Shown: positions 41,337-52,023 of the stretch, in pieces | Layout of the letters: each line of letters begins with the position of its first letter | How positions within the stretch are numbered: the stretch's first letter is position 1 | Origin: Coriobacteriia bacterium | GTDB taxonomy: Bacteria; Actinomycetota; Coriobacteriia; Coriobacteriales; QAMH01 | Assembly (NCBI GenBank): GCA_003149935.1 | Contig: QAMH01000006.1 | Location: forward strand, 433,053 to 497,052 | DNA: 64,000 nt | Reading direction: 5' to 3' | Position numbers and translations under genes: made by a program | Notes under the pieces: model-generated | The model's input: the letters and a program-made list of their open reading frames with translations, nothing else | Database searches by the model: none | What the model was told of the DNA's origin: nothing

Positions 41337-42791
41337 CTAGCGCCTATACCCAGAGCTGCGTCTTCTCGCCAAACCGGCATATCCGCTTCGCTGCGACGAT
41401 ACCGCACCGTGCGTACCCGTGCTCCTCGCCGCTTGAGCCGAGCGAAGCCCCTCTCTTCGCGTTGAAGTAGCACGCGAACCCGATGCCGCGACATCTCTCT
41501 TGCGGGCAGGATCATGCAGACGGATGACGTTATCGCGCTCGACATGTGGCGATGGCGCCTCGCTCCGCATCCTGTCCCTACCATCGATGACCCTGAGGTT
41601 GTCGCGTTTGCGCTCGTGGCTCATGCCGACCTTCGAGCGCAGCGAGACGGACAGAATGATGCCGATCATGATCATCGTCGCGATAAGGGACGAGCCACCG
41701 TAGCTGATAAACGGAAGCGCCTTGCCGGTTACGGGGGCAATGCCCGTGACGCAGGCCATGTTCACGCAGGCCTGAAACCCGATCATGACCGTAAACGAGC
41801 CGGCCAGCATGCATCCGAACATGTCCGGTGCATTGCGGCAGATGCGCATGCCGGCAAAGATGAAGAGTCCGAAAAGCACCACCACGAAAACGGCACCGAT
41901 GAGGCCCAGTTCCTCGCCAACGATCGCATAGATGAAATCGGTGTGCGCATAAGGCAGATAGAGGTACTTCTGACGGGAAAGCCCAAGGCCCGTACCGAAG
42001 ACGCCGCCGCTTCCAAAAGCGTACAGAGATTGAATCGCCTGATAGCCATCACCCTGCGGATCGACCCAGGGGTCAAGCATGGAAACGATACGATCGAGGT
42101 GATAGGGCTGCGTGATGCAGGCCACGACGATATACGCGATGACGACGCCAAAGATCAGCGCGATGAGTTTCCAGGAGATTCCCGCGAGCAAGGCCAATGC
42201 GATGAGTCCGACGGCAAGGATAATCGCCGTGCCCAAATCGGGCTGGCGGTAAATCAGGATCAAGGGAACGATGGTGGCCACGAGCACGATGACGATGAAA
42301 CGCCGCCCGCTCACTACCCCATTCATGCGCATCTGCACGATGGAAGCCACGGCCATGAGCACGGTGATCTTGGCGAATTCAGCCGGCTGCAAATTGAAAC
42401 CGGCGATGACGATGGAACGCTCGGCACCCAGGGCGCTTACACCCATGCCAAACGCGGTCAGCGAGAGCATGGCAACGGTGGCGAGCCAGAAGGCGATGAA
42501 GACAACCGGCTGTCCCCAGAAGGAATAGGGCACACGGCAGCAGATGATGCACAAGACGAGACCGAGGACAAGGAAGACCGCTTGGCGCTTGACGTAGTAC
42601 GCGGCGTCACCGAACTCGTTATAGGCCGCTATCGACGAGGCGGAGTAGACCATGATGATGCCCAGTATGCACAGTGCGACAACGCTCAGAATGAAAAGCA
42701 GGCGCGGTGCCATGATGGCAGATGGCTCCGAGAGCAAGCGAGAGGAGCCTGCCCTGGCCTTCGTCTTGGATGTCACCTGCTTGCGCGCCAT
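41337..42791 (-). CDS. ftsW: SEDS peptidoglycan glycosyltransferase FtsW
   Basis: 484 aa, polytopic. QPAEFAK, PDLGT, HTDFIYA. Arg/Ser-rich C-terminal tail. Confidence 0.92.
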   Translation of the reverse strand: MARKQVTSKTKARAGSSRLLSEPSAIMAPRLLFILSVVALCILGIIMVYSASSIAAYNEFGDAAYYVKRQAVFLVLGLVLCIICCRVPYSFWGQPVVFIAFWLATVAMLSLTAFGMGVSALGAERSIVIAGFNLQPAEFAKITVLMAVASIVQMRMNGVVSGRRFIVIVLVATIVPLILIYRQPDLGTAIILAVGLIALALLAGISWKLIALIFGVVIAYIVVACITQPYHLDRIVSMLDPWVDPQGDGYQAIQSLYAFGSGGVFGTGLGLSRQKYLYLPYAHTDFIYAIVGEELGLIGAVFVVVLFGLFIFAGMRICRNAPDMFGCMLAGSFTVMIGFQACVNMACVTGIAPVTGKALPFISYGGSSLIATMIMIGIILSVSLRSKVGMSHERKRDNLRVIDGRDRMRSEAPSPHVERDNVIRLHDPARKRDVAASGSRATSTRREGLRSAQAARSTGTHGAVSSQRSGYAGLARRRSSGYRR

Positions 42792-42798
42792 GATGCAC

Positions 42799-44157
42799 CT
42801 ATGCCCGCGTCCTCAGGGAAACGCACTCCTTGAACACCTGTCCGCGATGCTCGAACGAGTCGAACTCGTCGAAGGAGGCACATGCAGGCGAGAGCACGAT
42901 CGCGTCACCGGGCTGCGCGACCTCGCAGGCACAATCGAGCGCCTGTTTCATGCCCGTCTCGAGATACGAATCGACGGGGCTGTCCGCAAAGGCCTCGTGG
43001 AAGCGCTCGCCCGCCTCGCCATATACGACGACAGCACGGCAAACGTCCGCACAAGCCTCGACAAGCTCGTCAAGCGCGGTCATTTTGTCCCTGCCGCCAA
43101 GCAGCAGCACGATCTTGCGATCGGGGAAAGCCGTGAGCGCCTTGAGAGTAGCATCGACGTTGGTTGCCTTCGAATCGTTGAAGAAATCGATGCCATCGAC
43201 ACTGCCACAGGGCTCGAGACGATGCTCGAGCGGCTTGAAGCTCTTGAGACCCTCCCGGACACATGCGAACTCGCAACCACAGGCGAGAGCGGCGCTTGCA
43301 GCGCAGAGGGCATTCTCGACATTGTGAGCACCCTGAATGCCAAGCTCCCGAGTCGAGACGAGCTCATGGCTCTGGCCGGACTCATCCTGGTAGACGAGCA
43401 TGCCCTCGGCATCCTCGAACGCACACGTCGAATCGACCCGCACGCCCACAGTTACGAGCCTGACGCCCCGTCCCTCTAACAGCGCGTGCAGTTCGGGATA
43501 GGCATCGAGTACGCTTGCGCCGACAATAACCGTCGAACCTGCCTCCATGTTCTCGAAAACCTTGAACTTTGCCTGCGCGTAGGCATCGAAGCTACCGTGC
43601 CAGGAGATGTGATCGGGCGTGATGTTGAGCAGAATGGCAACCTGCGGGGCAAAATCGACAGTCGACGCCAATTGGTACGAGGACATCTCGGCAACGAGAA
43701 CCTCGTCCTCGCCACGATGCTCGACAGCGCCAATGCAGGTCATCCCGATATTGCCGCAGGCGTAGGCGGATTTGCCATAGCAATTCAGCAGGTGCGTCAC
43801 GAACGAAGTCGTCGTGGTCTTCCCATTCGTTCCCGTCACGGCAATCCAGGACCGGGGCGAGAGACGCCAGGCATATTCCGGCTCGCTGATAATCTCCTTG
43901 CTTGCGCGCTTGGCGCTCGCATAGAAGTTCCCGCTTTGCGGAATACCAGGGGACACGACGCAGGTATCGAAGCTGCCCTCGATATCCTCGACATCGAAGA
44001 TGACGGGAACGCCCGCCTCCTCGAACTCGCGCGCGGCAGCCTTTGTCGCATCATTTGCGGTGCCCGCGTAAATGGTGAGTTCCTCGCCGGCGCTCAGCGC
44101 ATGCCGCGCGGAGGCAACGCCACTTTTCCCGAGACCAAGTACGAGCATGGAAGCCAT
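42799..44157 (-). CDS. murD: UDP-N-acetylmuramoylalanine--D-glutamate ligase
   Basis: I start at ATG 44157 (MASMLVLGLGKSGVA; GGGAGG upstream), giving 452 aa. GTNGKTTT. Confidence 0.93.
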   Translation of the reverse strand: MASMLVLGLGKSGVASARHALSAGEELTIYAGTANDATKAAAREFEEAGVPVIFDVEDIEGSFDTCVVSPGIPQSGNFYASAKRASKEIISEPEYAWRLSPRSWIAVTGTNGKTTTTSFVTHLLNCYGKSAYACGNIGMTCIGAVEHRGEDEVLVAEMSSYQLASTVDFAPQVAILLNITPDHISWHGSFDAYAQAKFKVFENMEAGSTVIVGASVLDAYPELHALLEGRGVRLVTVGVRVDSTCAFEDAEGMLVYQDESGQSHELVSTRELGIQGAHNVENALCAASAALACGCEFACVREGLKSFKPLEHRLEPCGSVDGIDFFNDSKATNVDATLKALTAFPDRKIVLLLGGRDKMTALDELVEACADVCRAVVVYGEAGERFHEAFADSPVDSYLETGMKQALDCACEVAQPGDAIVLSPACASFDEFDSFEHRGQVFKECVSLRTRA

Positions 44158-44173
44158 GGTTACAGCACCTCCC

Positions 44174-45211
44174 CTACATTGACCCGATGAAGTAGACGGC
44201 GAAGCCCACTCCCGCACAGAGGCCGGTGATGATCCAGAACCTGATGACTACCTTGGTCTCGGACCAGCCCTTTTTCTCGAAGTGATGATGTAGCGGTGCC
44301 ATGAGGAAGACGCGTTTGCGCGTGCGCTTGAAGTACAGCACCTGGATCATGACCGAGAGCGCCTCGACGACGAAGAGGCCGCCGATGATGATGCTGAAGA
44401 GCTCGGTCTTGGTGATGACAGCAATGGCGGCAAACGCCGTGCCGAGCGCAAGCGAGCCCGTATCTCCCATGAATATGCTCGCGGGATAGCAGTTGAACCA
44501 GAGGAAGCCGACGCAGGCACCTGCAGCGGCCGTCGCGAACACCGCGACGTCAAGCTTGCCCGTGCGAAACGCGATGGCCGCCATGATGAGCATGACAATC
44601 ATGATCGCGCCACCGGCAAGGCCGTCAAGACCATCGGTGAGGTTCACGGCATTGGCCATACCGGCCATGAGCAGGAAGACGAAAATGACGTAAAGCCAGG
44701 GAATCTCGAAGCCATCCCCGAAGGGAAGAACGGTCGTGAGAACACCCAGGTCAAGGTTGAACTGCGTGAAGGGGATGGTCACGTACGGCTCGATGCCCAG
44801 GTAGTTGACTGCGATAAGGCAAAAGCTCACGGATATGAGTGTGAGCGCAACCATCTTTTGGTAGGGGAGCAGTCCGAGCGAGCGCTCCTTGGCGACCTTG
44901 GAGATATCGTCAACGAATCCCAGCAAACCCGTAAGCAGCGTTGCCGCCAGGATGAGCAGCAGCGGCGGATCGGGCGTGCCCACGAGGAAGATCGAGGCGG
45001 TCATCATGAGCAGGATGACGATACCGCCCATGGTGGGCGTACCTTGCTTGACGAGATGACCTTGCGGGCCGTCTGCGCGTACCTGCTGGCCAATCTGGCG
45101 CACCTTGAGAAGCTTGATGAAGAAGGGCATGACGATCATGGTCAATGCCATCGAGAAAATGAAGGCAAGGAAGACCTGATACGTCGGATATTGGCTAAAA
45201 ACGCTGATCAT
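44174..45211 (-). CDS. mraY: phospho-N-acetylmuramoyl-pentapeptide transferase
   Basis: 345 aa. GTPTMGG, NAVNLTDGLDGLA, MGDTGSLALG, APLHHHFE. Confidence 0.96.
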   Translation of the reverse strand: MISVFSQYPTYQVFLAFIFSMALTMIVMPFFIKLLKVRQIGQQVRADGPQGHLVKQGTPTMGGIVILLMMTASIFLVGTPDPPLLLILAATLLTGLLGFVDDISKVAKERSLGLLPYQKMVALTLISVSFCLIAVNYLGIEPYVTIPFTQFNLDLGVLTTVLPFGDGFEIPWLYVIFVFLLMAGMANAVNLTDGLDGLAGGAIMIVMLIMAAIAFRTGKLDVAVFATAAAGACVGFLWFNCYPASIFMGDTGSLALGTAFAAIAVITKTELFSIIIGGLFVVEALSVMIQVLYFKRTRKRVFLMAPLHHHFEKKGWSETKVVIRFWIITGLCAGVGFAVYFIGSM

Positions 45212-46629
45212 CGTTGCATTATCCCCTTGACTATGCGCTCCAACTCCATGAAACGCGATGCCTTAACCAGAACAAGGTCGCCCTCCTGGACGTTCTTTTC
45301 GAGAAACGCGATCGCCTCGTCAACGCCCGTGAAGCTCTTGACGCGTGCGGCGTCCATGTCTGCCGCGAGCGCGCCTGCCTTGATGCCGACACTGAGCGTT
45401 CCAATGCACACGAGCATATCAAGGTCTGCCTGCGCTGCAAAGGTTCCCACGTCAACGTGCAGTTGATACTCATCCGAGCCAAGCTCGCCCATATCGCCCA
45501 GGACCGCGATGCGCCTTCCATCCCCCTCGAGGGTCATGAGCGTGCTGATCGAGGCGCGCATCGAATCCGGATTGGCGTTGTACGCATCGTTGAGGATGGT
45601 CACGCCGTCAGGCGTATGCTCGATTTCCATGCGCATCCCGCTTGCCTTTGCCTCGGCAAGGCCTCGTGCGATGTCATCGGGAGCTATGCCCATGTTGATG
45701 CCAGCCGCATAGGCTGCAAGCGCGTTGAGAACGTTGTGCCTGCCCGGCATGCCAAGCGTGACGGGCACCGGCGCGGCATCGCCCGTGACGATCTCGAAGC
45801 TCGCGCAAGCTTCGGCATCGTAGCTGACATTCTGCGCATGCGTCTCGGCCTCGGGGGAAAATCCGTAGCTATGCACGGTCACGCCGCGTTCCGCGAGATG
45901 CGCGAAGTTCTCGAGCAGGGGCGTATACTCATCATCGGCATTGAGGACCGCATATCCCGTATCCGGTAGAGCCGAAAGCAACTCCGATTTGGCATGTGCG
46001 ATGTTCTCGCGGCTACCGAGCAACTCCATATGGCTCACGCCGACGTTCGTCACAACGGCGATGCTCGGCTTGACGAAGGTGCAGAGGTGCTCGATCTGAT
46101 GCATGCCGCGCATACCGAGCTCAACGATGAGCACTTCGGTATCCTCATCGGCCGCAAGTATCGTCGCCGGCACGCCAATCTCGTTATTCTGGTTGCCTTG
46201 CGTTGCGGTAGTCTTGAAACGCTGGGAGAACACGGAGCTCAGGAGATCCTTCGTCGAGGTCTTGCCCGTGGAGCCCGTCACGCCAATGACGATGGCATGC
46301 AGTCTGTCGCGCCAGGACCCCGCGATTTTCTCGAGTGCCTCGACGCCATCATCGACGACGATCATGGGACAGGCAAACTCACCGGCAACGGCGATGACGT
46401 TCTCGGTGGGCATGCGCGTGCAGACGACGGCACCCGCTCCGCGCTGGATTGCCGCACGCACGTAATCGTTGCCATCGACACGCATGCCGGGCATGGCGAG
46501 GAAGATGTTATCGGGCATGATGGTGCGCGAATCCCAGGTCAGCCCCGAGACGATGCGACGCAACGCGGTCTCGTCACCGATATACTCACCGCCCGTGACC
46601 TTGGCAATGTCGGAAACAGAAATATCCAT
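45208..46629 (-). CDS. murF: UDP-N-acetylmuramoyl-tripeptide--D-alanyl-D-alanine ligase
   Basis: 473 aa. GVTGSTGKTSTKD, DAYNANP. Confidence 0.93.
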   Translation of the reverse strand: MDISVSDIAKVTGGEYIGDETALRRIVSGLTWDSRTIMPDNIFLAMPGMRVDGNDYVRAAIQRGAGAVVCTRMPTENVIAVAGEFACPMIVVDDGVEALEKIAGSWRDRLHAIVIGVTGSTGKTSTKDLLSSVFSQRFKTTATQGNQNNEIGVPATILAADEDTEVLIVELGMRGMHQIEHLCTFVKPSIAVVTNVGVSHMELLGSRENIAHAKSELLSALPDTGYAVLNADDEYTPLLENFAHLAERGVTVHSYGFSPEAETHAQNVSYDAEACASFEIVTGDAAPVPVTLGMPGRHNVLNALAAYAAGINMGIAPDDIARGLAEAKASGMRMEIEHTPDGVTILNDAYNANPDSMRASISTLMTLEGDGRRIAVLGDMGELGSDEYQLHVDVGTFAAQADLDMLVCIGTLSVGIKAGALAADMDAARVKSFTGVDEAIAFLEKNVQEGDLVLVKASRFMELERIVKGIMQR

Positions 46630-46631
46630 TG

Positions 46632-48119
46632 CTATGACTCCAACTCCTCTATTGCCGCAGCGGCGACCTCGCGGTCGTCGAAGTGGTGTTTGACATCTCC
46701 GATAATCTGATAGTCCTCGTGACCCTTGCCGGCGATGAGAACGACATCGCCCTCACGGGCCTGTTCAATAGCAAAGCGTATGGCCTCGGCACGGTCCGGT
46801 ATGACGGTGTAGCGCTCCTCGCAATCCTGCATGCCCGCGACGATCTGCTCGATGATCGCATTAGGATCTTCCGTGCGCGGATTGTCGCTCGTCACGATGG
46901 CGAAATCGGCTGCGAGTGCGGCAGCGCCCATCTTGGGGCGCTTGCCATGGTCCCGATCTCCGCCACAACCGAAAACGCAGAATATGCGGCCTTGCGTGAC
47001 GGCCCGCACCGCATCAATGGCCTTCGCGACCGAATCGGGCGTATGCGCGTAATCCACGAGTACGCCGAAAGGCGCATGCGTTCCCTTGGCGCCCGTGACG
47101 CGTTCGAGACGTCCGGGGACCTGGGGCGCAGATTCGAGACCGGAAACGATTACCTCGTTGGTAAGGCCAAGCGCCATACCGATGCCGAAGGCGATAAGCG
47201 CGTTCTCGACATTGAAGCGGCCGACGAGCGGTAGCGTCAGATGCAGCCACTCCCCCGCGGCCTCCACGTCGATGCGTGTCTCGCGGGCATCAAAGCGCGC
47301 TTCCACGAGGCGTACCTCGCAATCGGCATCGGAGCCGACGCGATACAGCACACGGCCTGCATCGCTGCAGAGCTGCGCCATGCGCTTGCCCGCATCCGAA
47401 TCCGTGCAGATGACGCATGCATCGGGCTCATACTCGGTGAAGAGACGCGCCTTCGCCGCGAAGTACTCCTCCATCGTCTTGTGGTAGTCAAGATGATCCT
47501 GCGTGAGATTGCTGAATGCAGCCACCCTAAAGTGCGTTCCCCTGACACGCCCGAGATCGAGCGCGTGACTCGAGATCTCGCATGCACAGGCATCGACATG
47601 TGCATCGACCATCCGGGCAAGAAGCTCCTGGAAATCACGTGACTCCGGCGTGGTATGCGCGGAAGGGTAGATTTCGTCGGCAACATGGCACTCGACCGTG
47701 CCGATGAGACCGGCGCGCATGTCGGCATGTCTCAGGAGATGCTCGACGAGAAAGCAGGTGGTCGTCTTGCCATTCGTGCCCGTAATGCCAACGACGTCGA
47801 GCTTGCGCGACGGGCTGTCGTAGAAGTTCGCCGAGCAAAGCGCCAAGGCAGCGCGCGCATCCTCGACGAGAAACTGCGGCGCATCAATCTCGAGTTGACG
47901 CTCGACCACAAGGCCAACGGCACCATGCTCGAGCGCATCGGCGGCAAAATCATGCCCGTCGACGACGGTACCGGGAACGCAGAAGAAAAGCGCACCTGGC
48001 TTGACGTCACGCGAGGAGAACTCGAGAGCGTTCACCTCGTACGGGCCGTCCTCGCAGTGCAGCGCCTCATGGGCCACACCCGCGAACAAGGATTCTATGT
48101 TGCATGCACTCCGCATCAT
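46632..48119 (-). CDS. murE: UDP-N-acetylmuramoyl-L-alanyl-D-glutamate--2,6-diaminopimelate ligase
   Basis: 495 aa. GITGTNGKTTT. The DNPR motif (TSDNPRTEDP) is associated with meso-DAP-adding MurE. Confidence 0.92.
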   Translation of the reverse strand: MMRSACNIESLFAGVAHEALHCEDGPYEVNALEFSSRDVKPGALFFCVPGTVVDGHDFAADALEHGAVGLVVERQLEIDAPQFLVEDARAALALCSANFYDSPSRKLDVVGITGTNGKTTTCFLVEHLLRHADMRAGLIGTVECHVADEIYPSAHTTPESRDFQELLARMVDAHVDACACEISSHALDLGRVRGTHFRVAAFSNLTQDHLDYHKTMEEYFAAKARLFTEYEPDACVICTDSDAGKRMAQLCSDAGRVLYRVGSDADCEVRLVEARFDARETRIDVEAAGEWLHLTLPLVGRFNVENALIAFGIGMALGLTNEVIVSGLESAPQVPGRLERVTGAKGTHAPFGVLVDYAHTPDSVAKAIDAVRAVTQGRIFCVFGCGGDRDHGKRPKMGAAALAADFAIVTSDNPRTEDPNAIIEQIVAGMQDCEERYTVIPDRAEAIRFAIEQAREGDVVLIAGKGHEDYQIIGDVKHHFDDREVAAAAIEELES

Positions 48120-48136
48120 TGTCTCTTCGCTCTTCC

Positions 48137-49972
48137 CTACTTGCTCTGCGCGTCAATTTGGTAGCGCTTCGTTGCGTATGTCATGATCTCGGAAAAGACC
48201 GGGCCACACAGGCCGCCGGCGCCAAGATTCGTATGAGGTCTGTTTACCGTCACGAGACAGATAAGATCGCTCGAGGAGCCGTAGAGCCAGCCGCAAAATG
48301 ACATGACGTATGCGTTTTCCTCGTAGCCGCCATAGACGCTTGCGATCTCGGCCGTGCCCGTCTTGCCCGTGACGGTAAATCCGTCGACGGCGGCTTCCTC
48401 GCCCGTTCCCTCGGTCACGACGGAGGTGAGCATCTCGCTTACCTCCTTGCATACGCCCGCATCGGCAACGGTCTCGCGCTTCGTCAAGTCCTGCATAAGA
48501 CGTTGCGCAGTCTCGGCGTCGTTGGGAACATCGGTGAGGAAGTGCGGGGTCACGAGCGTACCACCCTGCTCCAAAACACCATAGGCGCGTACGAGTTGCA
48601 GCGGCGTCACGGTAAGGCCCTGCCCAAACGTGACCGTCGCACTCTGCACGCCATCCCAGTCCTTGCTCTCCTCGAGCTGGCCGGCCGTATCGCCGGGGAA
48701 GTCGCACCCGGTCTTCGTGCCAAACCCGAAGGCGTGATAGCTGTCGTAGAGCTGCACGAGATCAACCTCGCGAGAGACGAGCGTCGTGCCCGTGTTCGAG
48801 GAATCGGCCAGAATCCTGCGCAGGCTCATATCCTCGAAGGGATGGTCATGCGAATCGGTGATGACGGTATCGTAGACCTCAAGGGCATACGGAACCTTGT
48901 AGGTCGTGTTCTCGTCGATATTGGCGTTATTGGCAAGCACCGAGTACGCCGTGAACGCCTTGAAGGTCGATCCCGGCTCGTAGATGTCGGTCACGGAGGC
49001 GAGCTTGCCCACCTCGAGCTTGTAGTCGCAGAGCTCGTCGAATGGGTTTACCTCGCTCGGCTGACCCGACGCCGCTATCGCCGCCGCTTCCTTCTCGGCT
49101 GCCTCGTACTCGGCGTTGCGCTCCTCGTCGCTCTTCTTCGCGTATGAACAGGCCGAATAGACCTCGCCCGTGGCCGCATCCATCACGGTAATGCTACCGC
49201 CTTGCGCCTCCGTGTCTATGACCGTCGCCAGAAGCCGCTCTTCGCAGAGCTTCTGCAGGTTGATGTCGATGCTCGTCACGATGTCCGTGCCATCGACCGT
49301 CTCGACGCGGGAGGTCTCGCCGTTGGTGATGGGAATGTCGTTCATGCCTCGCTCGAAGACGATGCTGCCATCCACGCCCTTGAGCAACTCGTCGTACTCG
49401 AGCTCGAGGCCGGAAATGCCCTTGCCATCGATGTCGACCACTCCGACGACCTGACTGCCCACCTCCCCGTTGGGATACACGCGTTTCGTATCATCGAGAT
49501 AGTGAATGCCCTTGAGCTTCTCATCGCTCAGACGGTTCTTGAGGGCTTCGGCAGACACGGTATCCGCCTTGCGCTGGATGTAGGCGAACGAAAGGTCGGG
49601 CTGGTCGATGATCTTGAGGTAGTCTTCTTTGGTCTTGCCGCTATCCTGCCCCAGGACCTCGGCGAGCACGGTGGCGAGACGGTCGGGGTTCGTGACCTCC
49701 TGAGGATTCACGTAGATGGTCGTCGCATCGACATTGGATGCTATGACCTCTCCGTTGCGGTCGTAGACGGTGCCACGTCGCGCAGAGAGGCTCACCTCGG
49801 TCGTATGGGAAGATTGCGCCATGCGGGCATACGCCGGGCCACGGATGACCTGGATGTAAATGAGGTTTGCGATGATGGCGACGAGAAATACCGCAAAAAG
49901 CACGAGGATGATCCAGTCCCTGGACCATCGCTCCGGCATCACGCTGTGTGCTCTGTCTTGACTATGCCTCAT
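48137..49972 (-). CDS. ftsI: class B penicillin-binding protein (division transpeptidase)
   Basis: 611 aa. N-terminal TM, PBP dimerisation domain, transpeptidase motifs PGSTFK, SSN, KTGTA. Confidence 0.9.
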   Translation of the reverse strand: MRHSQDRAHSVMPERWSRDWIILVLFAVFLVAIIANLIYIQVIRGPAYARMAQSSHTTEVSLSARRGTVYDRNGEVIASNVDATTIYVNPQEVTNPDRLATVLAEVLGQDSGKTKEDYLKIIDQPDLSFAYIQRKADTVSAEALKNRLSDEKLKGIHYLDDTKRVYPNGEVGSQVVGVVDIDGKGISGLELEYDELLKGVDGSIVFERGMNDIPITNGETSRVETVDGTDIVTSIDINLQKLCEERLLATVIDTEAQGGSITVMDAATGEVYSACSYAKKSDEERNAEYEAAEKEAAAIAASGQPSEVNPFDELCDYKLEVGKLASVTDIYEPGSTFKAFTAYSVLANNANIDENTTYKVPYALEVYDTVITDSHDHPFEDMSLRRILADSSNTGTTLVSREVDLVQLYDSYHAFGFGTKTGCDFPGDTAGQLEESKDWDGVQSATVTFGQGLTVTPLQLVRAYGVLEQGGTLVTPHFLTDVPNDAETAQRLMQDLTKRETVADAGVCKEVSEMLTSVVTEGTGEEAAVDGFTVTGKTGTAEIASVYGGYEENAYVMSFCGWLYGSSSDLICLVTVNRPHTNLGAGGLCGPVFSEIMTYATKRYQIDAQSK

Positions 49973-49981
49973 ACAAAGAAC

Positions 49982-50491
49982 CTACCCCGTGCTTGCGGCA
50001 ACGTAGTCTTCGACGTTTTGGAGCGTGCCCGTAAGCGATATTGATCCGTCCGCATTCAAAACGACCTTGCCGGGAATGACGACTTTCAGATACTTGACGG
50101 TAGGTGGCGCGATCATGCCAATCTTGCTTGCCTCTTCCTCGATGCGCGTCGAGCTCGACAGAATGGAATGCTGAATCTCAAGCTCGTTGGTCTTGGCCTG
50201 GGCACTCGTCAACGTGCTCTCGATCGTATTGACGTTGTCGAGCATCGCCACTGTCGAGGCAGAGAGCCATACGCGCACGGAACACAGCACGGCGATGGTG
50301 ACGATGATGACGAGAGCGAGCTTGAAGGCGAAAGCATGCTCGGGGGAGATGGCCTGCAGCGCGGGATTCGACGTGCGCTGTCCGGGAATGACATGGACAT
50401 CGGGACGCGCCTGGCGCTCGGGCGCCAGGTCACGGGCAGCCTGACCGGCAAACCGAGAATAACCGTAGTATTGTCGAGCAGCCTGCGCCAT
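49982..50491 (-). CDS. ftsL: cell division protein FtsL-like
   Basis: 169 aa, bitopic (TM FKLALVIIVTIAVLCSV), followed by coiled coil. Conserved position between rsmH and ftsI. Confidence 0.7.
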   Translation of the reverse strand: MAQAARQYYGYSRFAGQAARDLAPERQARPDVHVIPGQRTSNPALQAISPEHAFAFKLALVIIVTIAVLCSVRVWLSASTVAMLDNVNTIESTLTSAQAKTNELEIQHSILSSSTRIEEEASKIGMIAPPTVKYLKVVIPGKVVLNADGSISLTGTLQNVEDYVAASTG

Positions 50492-50514
50492 GATAGACGG
50501 GCGTCCTTTCTACA

Positions 50515-51528
50515 TTACAGCTTCGTTGCAACCCGTAATCGAGCGCTATGCGCCCGGTTGTTCTCCTCAATTTCATCCGCAGCCGGCACAAGCGGCTTAC
50601 GCGTCTCGACCTTCAATACCGGCTTCTTCCCACACACGCACACCGGAAGCTCCGGAGGACAGGTGCAGGGATTCTCCATCCGACGGAAGCAGTCTTTCAC
50701 GATGCGGTCTTCAAGCGAGTGATATGAGATGACGGCGATCCTGCCACCTGGGTTGAGCCAGCGTATGGCCGCCTCAAGCCCGCGAGACAAGACGTCAAGT
50801 TCATGGTTTACCTCTATGCGCAGCGCCTGGAACGTACGTTTGGCGGGATGACCGCCCTTCTTACGCGCGCTTGCGGGTATTGCTCGTTTGATGATGTCTA
50901 CCAGCTGAAAAGTTGAATTGACGGGCTGCTCGCAACGCGCGTCAACAATGAAGCGAGCGATACGGGCAGCCCACTTTTCCTCACCGTATTCACGCAGGAC
51001 CCGAGCGAGATCATCTGTGGTGTAGGAGTTCAGAATCTCTGCTGCGGTTAGAGTATGTGTACTCGGGTCCATGCGCATATCGAGGGGAGCGTCTTCTCTA
51101 TACGAGAAGCCACGCTCAGGAAAATCGAATTGTGGAGAACTCACTCCGAGGTCGAAGAGGACGGCATCGACGCCTGGTACGCGCGCCACGACGAGCAACT
51201 CATCCAAATCAGCGAAGTTTCCCTTGAGCAGAATCGGGTCCGAGTCAAGTCCCGCACTGTCAAGTCGCTTTCTCGCCGCCTCAAGCGCCATGTCATCCTG
51301 GTCGATGCCGATGAGCGTACCATGAGGCGCGATGCTTCTTGCTATCGCTTCGGAGTGTCCCGCTCCGCCGAGTGTGCAATCGAGCGCTGTGGCTCCATCG
51401 TACAATGCGAGTGCATCGATGCACTCATGGAGCAGAACGGGAATGTGCCGGTATTCAGCTGTCAACGTGCCGTCCCTAGTCTTCCAGGAAACTGCCGAAC
51501 GGATCGATGGAATCCATGTACTCATCAA
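50515..51528 (-). CDS. rsmH: 16S rRNA (cytosine1402-N4)-methyltransferase
   Basis: HIPVLLHEC, DCTLGGAGHS, DLGVSS, SYHSLEDR. The track start at 51528 overlaps mraZ by 53 nt. A TTG at 51465, just after the mraZ stop, is an alternative start. Confidence 0.92.
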   Translation of the reverse strand: MMSTWIPSIRSAVSWKTRDGTLTAEYRHIPVLLHECIDALALYDGATALDCTLGGAGHSEAIARSIAPHGTLIGIDQDDMALEAARKRLDSAGLDSDPILLKGNFADLDELLVVARVPGVDAVLFDLGVSSPQFDFPERGFSYREDAPLDMRMDPSTHTLTAAEILNSYTTDDLARVLREYGEEKWAARIARFIVDARCEQPVNSTFQLVDIIKRAIPASARKKGGHPAKRTFQALRIEVNHELDVLSRGLEAAIRWLNPGGRIAVISYHSLEDRIVKDCFRRMENPCTCPPELPVCVCGKKPVLKVETRKPLVPAADEIEENNRAHSARLRVATKL

Positions 51529-51916
51529 GGGCCTGGCTATCCCAGATCTCGATATGATCGCCCTCGCCGATGATGGTCACGTTTTTGTCGATGCCGACTT
51601 TTTCACACTGCTTCGGAGAGAGTTTGACACGCCCAGCGGCATCGACAGCAACCGACTCCGCACTCGAGTTGAGATACTTGTGCAAAGCGATGTGCTTCTT
51701 GCTGCGCGGGTTATAGCCCCCCTCTTCGCTATCGAAGAACGAATCCATCCACTCGTCGTACGCTTCATCTGAAAAGACGTACAACGCCTTGCCAAAATCC
51801 GCATTGGCGACCGGAACGATCGTCACCTCATCTGGCAGGGCCTTACGGAACTTAGCCGGCAGGGAAACGCGGCCCTTGTTATCAACGCTATGTTGATATT
51901 CACCGCGGAAGCGCAT
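51476..51916 (-). CDS. mraZ: transcriptional regulator MraZ
   Basis: 146 aa. FRGEYQHSVDNKGRVSLPAKFR and second SpoVT/AbrB repeat DAAGRVKLSPKQ. Confidence 0.94.
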   Translation of the reverse strand: MRFRGEYQHSVDNKGRVSLPAKFRKALPDEVTIVPVANADFGKALYVFSDEAYDEWMDSFFDSEEGGYNPRSKKHIALHKYLNSSAESVAVDAAGRVKLSPKQCEKVGIDKNVTIIGEGDHIEIWDSQALDEYMDSIDPFGSFLED

Positions 51917-52008
51917 TTCGTCACATCCCTCGCCGTCCCGAAAATTTGGCGACCCTCCTGGCTATGTTTGATTTCTACGTTTCTTGGAGGGTCGCAGCGA
52001 GAATAATA

Positions 52009-52023
52009 TCCCATCACATCCCA
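52009..52023 (-). promoter_or_regulatory. candidate MraZ operator: TGGGA-TGTGA-TGGGA
   Basis: Minus strand, about 95 nt upstream of the mraZ ATG. Two TGGGN boxes sit 10 nt apart, the spacing described for MraZ boxes. Further TGGG repeats occur at 52045-52080. Confidence 0.3.
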